A stretch of 64,000 nt of DNA, taken from NCBI GenBank assembly GCA_032718475.1, contig JAUCBJ010004605.1, positions 1 to 64,000 on the forward strand, given 5' to 3'. Origin of the DNA: Nemertoderma westbladi (lineage: Eukaryota; Animalia; Xenacoelomorpha). Position 1 is the first letter of the stretch, and each line of letters begins with the position of its first letter. A program made the translations under genes and the position numbers. Positions 51,901 to 60,240 of this stretch are shown in pieces. The notes beneath the pieces are model-generated. The model was not told the origin of the DNA. It did not search any database and saw only the letters and a list, made by a program, of their open reading frames with translations.

Positions 51901-52068
51901 CCTACGATGTTGGACCAGCCTAGGTTCTGTTATTACTACTGGAGGGATGACCTTCCTCACAGTGGGAGGTGAACTGAACTTACGACTAGATGGTTCTACA
52001 TCTCTATCTGAGTCGCAGATAGTTACATCTAATAAACTGTCTGACAGGTTCTGCTTAGTATCAGACAT
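48928..52068 (-). CDS. gag: Bel/Pao gag (1,046 aa) with an AEAKAAA coiled-coil repeat and DUF1759-like core
   Basis: FNGDEMKWLPF...LSNGEKLRYLIECLEGSP...WDTLNIRYG is typical of Bel/Pao gag; ATG at 52068. Confidence 0.88.
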   Translation of the reverse strand: MSDTKQNLSDSLLDVTICDSDRDVEPSSRKFSSPPTVRKVIPPVVITEPRLVQHRRSIIGTRAQVKRDQEAAEQQQPASQEFISQRPDSSSSEDTVELTPERGAKMMDAVYTDPLLILPAAVLARLLIAVEEHQIDWTRSQRSTRDSYAGYTREELKSIVESQWNFPGPGLPFDLSEAAWEDIHRMGVAKETIDPAVWKRSAAGYAQGFFSSMERVEKQLFKQPQGPQEQGQLLYQVRERILRIRLILSAFEEASKRRQDTSLQVAVKTWFQRVSRQVQGAAQWKAQLEERSTHGESTDAISSQVESEATAEKPHKKDAIDIYLSDYQRFLGDEELRRRLDGLSPNSEGAQRVLDAIDVDRLAANQAKFDEQLRIAREKEEQVRKKRIEDRKIAAVAEAERKATLAEAVAEAKAAAAEAEAEAKAAAAEAEAKAKAAAAEAEAKAKAAKAEAEAKAKAAAAEAKAEAEAKAKAAAAEAKAAAAEAKAAAVAEAERRAAEEITQLELENLQENQDCINKQLTASNMQMMNRSTPKRQGYTSSEEGDTTDTEGKGNRSRLSRRKRTFHRQKLPDLPPAVRRQLNNTNLGSTEPTDQIIKIERLPTIVDEPEIIRPVLEITPSVIDTPVLPETTSKFPLHSTKLPVPRRTARETVQVLDPERNIPDLSPVVPRPLATTLATPASAVEWVDERRRGMDILLGQMQETVQQFKGTVRESRLELQEVQQSIALERDKLVNTQKGIPPPSVTMCQPVRSEVSHAQGVEPTRIYTASEVETPIVNPIKGNYRPVDNDIPYRTDHNPRNLYTDNSILNNTMAQESFTRQMARTEARQAVKVGEIVKFNGDEMKWLPFNEYYKDNIQNSVLSNGEKLRYLIECLEGSPKLMALKFIGHPDGLRQVWDTLNIRYGNRNNIANYLYAKLVAPRKFISSGIIEFSDEIQEICRQLDWLGKSHEYQSSMVIGAVASTLPKGGVGTRWDKKVLYMMEQQRRDPTMTDLMSFLDGEVKLQLLKQSREKTPENKVSEKPVSRKKVTFSVLYRRRRKPDFSRRR

Positions 52069-53384
52069 GTTTATGTATACAGTTGAATGTCTACTGCTGT
52101 ATTACAGTCTGAGCAAGTCTAGTAACTCAGTATTAACTGCTAGCCTAGTAATTAATTACCGGTACTGCTACTCAGTGTAGCGTGATATATATAATATATT
52201 AGAATACCGGTATGCTTATAGTATATATAACTATTATTACAGACTAGGTTTATCACAGAATACCGGTATAATTTTAGCACAAATATATATAACTATATAA
52301 TAGGCCTATCGGGAATACCGGTATACATAGTAGTATATATAATTATAATTCTGGACTAGAATTAATTATAAAGTACCGGTATAGTTTCAGCCTAAATTTA
52401 TAGAAATAAAGATAATAGGCCTATCGTAAATACCGGTATATCAATTACTTTAAATAATGGAATTTCTGAATTTTTAGGGTTACTTGGTTACTTTACTTAC
52501 TTTATTATCGCTATTTGAGCAGTAGACCAACTGATATGGAGACCTAATGGTTGTATGGTAGGCCTACTATTTATAAATCATTAGATTTGATTTATAATAT
52601 ATATATACCCGTTTTAATGGGTTTTGTCAATGTTTGAAATAAATGTTATTATTTCTGAGGAGCAATCACTACACAAAGCGGTGCGCTTTCAGTGAAGTGT
52701 TACTTATAGGGCACTAAAACAAATAATTCTAATTTACCTAAGTTACTTAATACTACAAATTACGTACAATTCGGGTGAGATTACAATCTCTAAATAAACA
52801 CAAAAATTTACAAAAACACAAATACGAAATTTTAGGGTAATTTTACAAGAAGTCTACAAACCAGCCTAACAAAGGGTTAGAAAACTGGTTATTACAACGG
52901 ACAGGGTACTACGGTATTTGAAATAATAAGTAGTAGTAAGTACACTGCGTTGTCCAGATAGGAAAATACCACCGCCTGACGACCTATAGCCGTATCGCTA
53001 CAGGTACTACGTTATGTATCACGGAGTGTTCCTACCTAGAAGTTAATAGAGCTAATCGAACGTGCCTATCAACCACTTTACAACACAAATATAATGCCTA
53101 CTAATTACTTTCGGAAAGCACTGTACACTAAACCCTAAATTAGGTACGAGTACTTGTATAACATATAATCTGTAGTTAAATATACTTGAACAGCTAAAAG
53201 AACCACGGCATCTGCTGGAGTAACCGGTGCACAAAATCACCAGTCTTTACCTACGCCAAGCAGCCCGTGTAGTACCGGGGTTAATTTAACTATAGCGGTA
53301 TGTATAACAAACACAATTACTGTAGGAACAAACTTGGGGAATGAATGTTGCGAATAATCGCATAAACTCTGAATAATAAATATT

Positions 53385-53950
53385 ACGCTACGCGTACAAA
53401 CCACTCAAACAAAATGCAGACCAAACACTGACAGACTACTATCAAGCCTAAACAAACTACGGTATATGCAGACTCCGAAATAATTAGGTAGTATGCGTTC
53501 TAACCCAGTAGTACGACTTATTCTTTAGTTGGGGGTTTACCTTACAGCATTCGCTGCCCCTACTTCCTAACCGTTCTTTATCGGACAAGTGATCTACACA
53601 CGCTGCAATCCGTTCAGACCTAATAACAGCTAGACAACTATCCAGCCTACAAATTATCTAAATAAATATTATACGCTACCCGTACAGACTTACACAAACA
53701 AAGTACAGACTAAACGATGGCAGACTACTCTCAAGCCTAAATAAACTACAGGACATGCAGACTCCGAAATAATTAGGTAGTATGCGTTCTAACCCAGTAG
53801 TACGACTTATTCTTTAGTTGGGGGTTTACCTTACAGCATTCGCTGCCCCTACTTCCTAACCGTTCTTTATCGGACAGGCTCTACACACACTGTAATCCGT
53901 TCAGACCTAACAGCAATCAGACAACAGCTCAGCCTACAAATTGTCTGTAC
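53385..53950. repeat. About 290-bp tandem duplication in the Bel/Pao 5' leader
   Basis: GCAGACTCCGAAATAATTAGG...CTTTATCGGACA occurs at about 53468 and 53757. Confidence 0.85.
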
Positions 53951-54297
53951 AATCTGATCAGGCTTACACGCCTTCTGTTCAATACTGGCCTACAAATAAA
54001 TAAAACTGACAGAAATAGGCCTAAGTAAAATCCCAATAAAAACCAGGCATCCCCGATTAATTATTAAGACCTACCGGCATATAAAGATCAAATCGAATAA
54101 TACTGCTGTACTTATACGGGAAGTACCGGTTAGGACAGTTAGGCCTACGGACCTACAGAAGTACCGGTTCTGGCAGTTGGACCTACGGGCCTACGGCAGT
54201 ACCGGTTCTGGCAGTTGGGCCTACTGACCTACAGATGGACCGTTCAGGTTTACCGGTTGACCGGTACTTTCAACTTTATTGCTTACTGCAATAAAGC

Positions 54298-54309
54298 TAT
54301 ATCCGTTAT
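54298..54309 (-). promoter_or_regulatory. Primer-binding-site position: ATAACGGATATA, non-tRNA type, complementary to LTR positions 55042-55053
   Basis: Immediately follows the 5' LTR on the minus strand; lacks TGG; exact 12-nt inverted match inside the LTR. Confidence 0.65.
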
Positions 54310-55469
54310 TGTTCGCGCTTTTAGACCTTTGGCAGTTTAACCCGCCAAATTATGATGTCTTCTAGATAATAAATCACTTTTAGTCTATGACAAGTATTTA
54401 ATTCACTACACTAGTCGAAACCAATCTGTGCGCGATCATTCACCCGCTGGATATACCTGGGAGATTGGGTTCGACGGCTTAATCTTATTGCTATGTAAGC
54501 CTAATGTATTATTCGACTGACAGTATTATATAATTTCTGACAATATTATTCACCTTCGGGGAATATTAACAGTTCCTTTAGGACGTGGCGCTCTATTTAT
54601 ACAAACAGAGTTATGACTTAAACTACTCACAACGATATGGCTTAGTTATAATTCACATATATGGCGCATTCTTTAGGAAATGCTTCGTTATCAGGTTCAC
54701 CCATACACAATGCTGCACAATACTGCACACTAATCTGCCGATCTTCACTGATTTTAGTCACATATAAAAGGAACACGGACCGAATCATGTAGGGTCTATC
54801 AAATAACATTAGATTCACTTCAAACCACTTTAACATAAGTCACAATCGTTATATGTAACCTTTCTCTCTTACCTTCGGTATATCAAGAATATTGGGTTTC
54901 GGGGTTATTTATCGTTATTCCAAATATAATAATTCATCAACCATATTATGAAGAACTGACAGTAAATAGCAGTATAACAATATAAAGTATGCACAGGTTG
55001 TTTGATTAGGTATGGTATGTTATGTTGTGATAAATGCAGTGATAACGGATATATGCCCTTTATAATTAAGCCTACTAGTGTTAGACTAAATCAGAAAAGC
55101 ACAAAATATTTACAAGCCGTTCTCTCCTGGCTTAGGAAAGAAAGACCAACAACACTGAAAACTGATAAGAATAACCTTATTTACAAAGGCTTCCACCCAA
55201 CACAGAGAAAGAGCATAAAGATAGGAAAATTCAGTTCAGTAGATCTGTGATAGGTCGAAATCAAAATCAACTCAAATTCTATTGGGAGATACTTTCCCAA
55301 GCTAGTTGGACAATCAAACGTAGCCCAGATCCCTTCGCACAGCGAATCAGCCAATCAGCCGGTAGCTTGTGCTATTCGAGTTATAGATCCCTTTTTAGAG
55401 TATTCTAGCGACTGGGGGGGAACTGGTTAGCAAGGCAAACGAATCAGTTATCCCACAAAAGCTTTTACA
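54310..55469 (-). repeat. 5' LTR (1,160 bp)
   Basis: Matches 37859-39012 except for 3 substitutions and one 6-bp indel found by eye. Confidence 0.96.
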
Positions 55470-56330
55470 CCATTCTTGTTCATTATTGTGGTTGACTATG
55501 TTCTACGCATGTCCTTAGATCATCATAATGATGATGGGGTGATGATAGCTCCACCTACTGGCTCCAGAAGTCGAGGAAATCCTGCCAAGTACCTAACTGA
55601 TCTAGACTTTGCTGATGACTTAGGAGTACTCTTAGAATCATTAGAGGGAGCCCAACGGCTCCTCAGCTCATTAGAACATGCTGCTTCTAGTGTTGGTCTT
55701 TTTATTAACTCCAGAAAGACCAAAATTTTGACAGTTAACTTTGAAAGTCCTCAGCAAGTCTGTGATCGGATGAGCATAAGCTCAAAGGATGGTATTCTTG
55801 AGCATGTGGACGACTTCTGTTACCTGGGATCATGGATCCGGAAGTCAGGTGAGGACCTTCGAATACGTAAGGGAAAGGCATGGGCAGCCTTGAATAGGCT
55901 TTCCAGGATTTGGAAGTCACCGAGAATTAATCGGAAACTTAAGGTCCGATTATTTAGAGCAGCAGTAGTTCCAGTACTCCTCTACGGGAGTCCATGCTGG
56001 GCTCTAACTGCTGAGGACACCAAATCTCTGGATGGCACATTCACAAGAATGCTACGCCGAGTTCATTGTGTCAAGTACAATGCACACATCTCCAACCAGA
56101 CACTATATAACATTGGAGGTGTCTCATTGGTTCCCCCAAGCTTGACACTAGAACAAAATCGCCTCCGCTTTGCAGGACATTGATTTCGCCGTGAGGACCA
56201 GCCAGTGCATAATCTTGTACTTTGGCAGCCTCATGGAGTGAATAAGCATGGTGGACAGCCCATGACTTTCTTGAGACGCATCTTAAAGGACACTGGCCTT
56301 GAAGATGCGGATGATCTAGCAAATGTCAAG
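55470..56330 (+). mobile_element. Right half of the RTE-like LINE (RT FADD motif and C-terminal region), degenerate at its 3' end
   Basis: Removing the LTR element and one TSD restores GVLQGDTLAPFLFIIVVDYVLR; LTDLDFADDL, DDFCYLGSWI, RLRFAGH. Confidence 0.9.
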
Positions 56331-56420
56331 TAAACGAAGTAAATATATTGACATATATATTATAATTTATATCTGTATCTCTATAATCGGCATATCGGAA
56401 TGCAGATGGCATTAAGAATG

Positions 56421-56575
56421 CTATACCGGCTTGTCGACAAAATTGTGCCGCCACAACTCGCTATCACCCATGACTTTCGCTAGACTATCCGCATCTCCCA
56501 GGCCAGTGTCCTTTGAGAGGTGTCTCAAGAAAGTCATGGGCTGTCCTGTGAGACTGCTTACTCTCTCCATGAGGC
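56421..56575 (-). mobile_element. Short inverted 3' fragment of a related LINE
   Basis: 56479-56546 is a diverged reverse complement of 56253-56320; encodes GQPMTFLRHLSKDTGL...ELWR and a stop. Confidence 0.75.
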
Positions 56576-56674
56576 CTTTTGGAATAAAAAATTTTGTGGT
56601 CACACCAAGTCAACATTACATTCTTAAAATAAAACACAAATATATGGTTGTCCTCATTTAAGTGAGTAGTAGGG

Positions 56675-56971
56675 TCTTGGCCGGCTCTGCGACAGTTGGA
56701 CCTCACTGACACCCATTGGGTGTCATATGACACCCAATTATCACCCTATGGGTGTCATTGGCGCCAGACTGTCTGGGTGACACCTCCCAATTAGGCTAAT
56801 TAGACCCTAATTGACAGGTGTCATCAATTAATTAGTACAATTAAACCCTAACAGGTGTCTTATGACTCCTAATTAGGGTTTAATTGATTATCCTAATTAA
56901 TCAGACTGATTAGCGCCCTGACACACAATGGGTCATCAGTGAGGTCCAACTGTCGCAGAGCCGGCTCAAGA
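56675..56971. repeat. About 300-bp foldback: arms of about 50 bp plus internal palindromes
   Basis: GCCGGCTCTGCGACAGTTGGACCTCACTGA (56680-56709) pairs perfectly with its reverse complement ending at 56965. Internal TGACAC/GTGTCA and CCCTAA/TTAGGG motifs. Confidence 0.9.
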
Positions 56972-57685
56972 GGGTGTCATAAGTGACACCGCAGCTCTTT
57001 TATTCATTAATATCTATTTATTTATATTTAATTTTAATTAATTATTTGCATTTTATTTTATTCGTATTTAATTCTAAATTAATTATTCATTTGTACTTTA
57101 TGGGTATACAGCTCCCTTACTGGTAACTAATTACTCTTATCTATATCCAGACAGCTTTATCGTTGACCTTTGACCCCCCAATTAGCTTTAACCAAGCAAC
57201 AGCATATTAATGATAGTTGTATCCAAGCACCCCTGCCCCCACCCCGTGACAGCTCTGATTACTAATTACTCTTACCTATATCCAACCGCCAGCAGTTCCA
57301 TAGTCTGCCGCTAAGGGCGTATTATCTGAAAATTAACATCTTCTCTAACTTTGTTATTTTCAATTTAACTATTTATTTATATTTAATTTTAATTAATTAT
57401 TTGTATTCTATTTGACTTTATTTATTCATTTGTACTTTATTTTAAATTAATTAATTGTATATATTACTTTTACTTTATACATTGATTTTTAATTTTAGAT
57501 TAATTAGTTTTTATATTACCAATGAGATCACTATGACATAATGTCTATATTTAGCTCTATGGTTTATAGATCCCTTATCGTTAACTTTATAATCTTTCCT
57601 CTCGCGGCCCCTTTGTCTTCGTTATTCAATGGCGCCACTCTGTCTACCATTGAATAACATTGGGCAATCATTATCTCGCCTGATG

Positions 57686-57811
57686 TGACGTCATCAAAGC
57701 TGCTCTCTGATTGGTTTAATTATACAGTCTTTTCTCCCTCCTGTTCCCTGATTGGCTAACCCATTCTAGCCCCCTCTATAATAGCCCCCGTTCACCACAT
57801 TCCCAATCATT
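57686..57811 (+). promoter_or_regulatory. Compact Pol II promoter for the orphan ORF
   Basis: CRE TGACGTCA 57686-57693; ATTGG (reverse CCAAT) at 57710 and 57751; TATAATA 57777-57783; Inr-like TCATT at 57807, about 30 bp after the TATA. Confidence 0.6.
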
Positions 57812-57902
57812 GTCTCTTTGTTTTCCTGAAAAGTTTTAATTATTTTCGTAAAAGTATTTATTTATTTTTATTTCCTAAACGAGTTACCGGTACACAATCA
57901 CG

Positions 57903-59612
57903 ATGGCACATTCAGAAATCAGCTATTCAAGCAACGATCTGGTTTGCAACGAAAATCAGTTTATGCTACAAGACAACTCGTTTGGTCTATATTTCGATTC
58001 GGCGAACAAACTCTTCCCGTTAACGATAAATACAACCTTAAACCAACCCATCCCGATTCCGGCAAACTACGCGCACTTTATTTTCCGTGCCTGCTACGAA
58101 CTTCACGATGGACAATATCAAACCCTCGACGATAATAAACTTCATTCCTCCAACCACGGTTTCAAACTTTTAAAAAGGGACAACAAAATAACGTTCAATC
58201 TAACTACTTCGCCCGAGACGTTTACGATTCCAACTAGTATAGTCGATTTTATTCGAGAAAACATCAACCAAGATGTGGCAAATCGTTTACTGGGTTTAAC
58301 CACTCTCGTAACATCCTTCTTCTCCGATGATCGCTTATTCGATTTTCATAGTATCGCAAACTCGATTCTTCTTCTCATCTGGAACTCATCGACTCCGACC
58401 GAGGAAGAGGAGACTCGTTTCTTTAAACTTTTCGAGATTGATGTTCTCGCTTTCGGCGAGAAATTGAATGAGCTCACATGCCTTTACGCCAATAAAGTCT
58501 CCTATTACTTTGGATTCAATTATAGAGTTGGCACCCATGGAAGTATTAACCCAGTGAATCCACTCGAGTTAATAAAGCTGGAAGACACTGTAAACAGTTC
58601 ATGGATCACCTTTTCCGTCGCCTGCGCCATTTTATTTCAACAATATGTAAACATTTGTCGCCCTTTTATTAATCCTACTACTCACCTTGTCCTAAAACCG
58701 GGCAATTGGGTTGCTTTTGACTATTGCACTTTTGGGTTTGTTACAAATATTCGGAACGAGCGCAATTTAGCGATCACCAATGGCTACAGGGTTGACGATG
58801 GAAAGGCTATTGTTTCTTCTAGGGGCATGATTCTTCTTACACCAAGCGAGGTCAGCGAATTGAAATGGTTCGTTTCAACCTTCGAGGATAGTGAATGTGT
58901 CTGCTACGATGAACTTAACGTCTACAAAGACAACATTTCCGAGCGAATATCGATACAAAGTTGTATCAGTGATTCAGAAATTGATTTACAGATAACCGAG
59001 AGAAAATTTAACGAATCCTTTACTATAGCTAACACGATTCAAGCGCGCGAGGCTCTAATCAGATTCAAGGCTATGGCTATACAATTTGCTTTCAAACCAA
59101 AGCAGATTACGATCCCCAATCACCAGCGCTATCTCATAAATAGCAGTATCGCGGCCTTTATCTATAAGTTCAAATCCGAAAAATATGTTGGTATCTGGCC
59201 CATTTTAATGAAAGACGAAGAGAATACCACTTTTCAGTTCACCAACGGTCTCAATATTAGGGGCAGCGATTTTCTCACGATAAATACAACCAACCCACCC
59301 AACTCTCACTACTACCTCAGTCCTTACATTCATATCGAGAACAAACCAGCAGAAATTATATTCACCAATACGAAAAATACCAACACTATTACCCTACCCA
59401 ATGACTTTACCATCGCGCACCTTTTCGATTCACTAAAACGCTCTCTCAGAGAAGGCATCTTTCTCCCGCAGCAAACACACCTTAATCTATTTCAGCCCCC
59501 AAGAAAAGGTTATCTCAACAAACTATTAAAGAGAAAATTATCGCAGCCATTAATAGTATCGGACCCTAAAAGGGTTAAACCAGTTATTCTCGGAGGCCAG
59601 CAACCCTATTAA
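57903..59612 (+). CDS. Intronless orphan protein, 569 aa; possible PC4-like ssDNA-binding repeats; basic C-terminal NLS-like motifs
   Basis: Long non-repetitive ORF, good ATG context (ACGATGG), upstream promoter motifs, ATTAAA at 59631. Family not recognised. Confidence 0.78.
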   Translation: MAHSEISYSSNDLVCNENQFMLQDNSFGLYFDSANKLFPLTINTTLNQPIPIPANYAHFIFRACYELHDGQYQTLDDNKLHSSNHGFKLLKRDNKITFNLTTSPETFTIPTSIVDFIRENINQDVANRLLGLTTLVTSFFSDDRLFDFHSIANSILLLIWNSSTPTEEEETRFFKLFEIDVLAFGEKLNELTCLYANKVSYYFGFNYRVGTHGSINPVNPLELIKLEDTVNSSWITFSVACAILFQQYVNICRPFINPTTHLVLKPGNWVAFDYCTFGFVTNIRNERNLAITNGYRVDDGKAIVSSRGMILLTPSEVSELKWFVSTFEDSECVCYDELNVYKDNISERISIQSCISDSEIDLQITERKFNESFTIANTIQAREALIRFKAMAIQFAFKPKQITIPNHQRYLINSSIAAFIYKFKSEKYVGIWPILMKDEENTTFQFTNGLNIRGSDFLTINTTNPPNSHYYLSPYIHIENKPAEIIFTNTKNTNTITLPNDFTIAHLFDSLKRSLREGIFLPQQTHLNLFQPPRKGYLNKLLKRKLSQPLIVSDPKRVKPVILGGQQPY

Positions 59613-59954
59613 TATAAACAGTCTCTATTTATTAAAAACTGTTCTGATTATATCTTTTGTTAATGTCGATGTTCTTATATTATTTATTATTGATGTTGTC
59701 GGTAGATTATTTATTCTTGTTTCCTCATAATGTTTAAAAAATATAAGATGCTTAACCGGCTATTTTTCATTTTTCTCTACTAGTTAATCTATACTATGAG
59801 AGCGAGCCATGAAATAAGTGAGTCTCAGCATACCATTAATGACCCCTACTGCTTCTTCGTAATCAATTTGAATGTTAACCCCTAAATAAACAGCCAATCC
59901 CTATGAATTCTTTACAAACTCGATATGCAAGTTGTTTATCAGAGTTGAATTTAG

Positions 59955-60240
59955 GCACTGAGGCATAGACTATGACTCACTGAGGCATAGACTATGCCTC
60001 ACTGAGGCATAGACTATGCCTTACTGGGGCACTGAGGCATAGACTATGCCTCACTGAGGCATAGACTATGACTCACTGAGGCATAGACTATGACTCACTG
60101 AGGCACTGAGGCATAGACTATGCCTCACTGGGGCACTGAGGCATAGACTATGCCTCACTGAGGCATATACTATGCCTCAGCTGAGGCATAGTCTATGCCT
60201 CAGTGAGGCATAGTCTATGCCTCAGTGAGGTATAGTCATA
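59955..60240. repeat. 22-bp quasi-palindromic tandem repeat (ACTGAGGCATAGACTATGCCTC) with an orientation switch at 60180/60181
   Basis: Unit core GAGGCATAG-A-CTATGCCTC; array centre CAG|CTG. Confidence 0.92.

Larger units (their letters stand above)
37859..55469 (-). mobile_element. Full-length Bel/Pao LTR retrotransposon, 17.6 kb, 5-bp TSD CCATT
   Basis: TG...CA LTRs at both ends; CCATT at 37854-37858 and 55470-55474; Bel/Pao gag-PR-RT-RH-IN on the minus strand. Confidence 0.96.

Noticed and set aside
56780-56900. Telomeric TTAGGG/CCCTAA seed
   Set aside because: Only isolated copies within the foldback; not a tandem telomeric tract.
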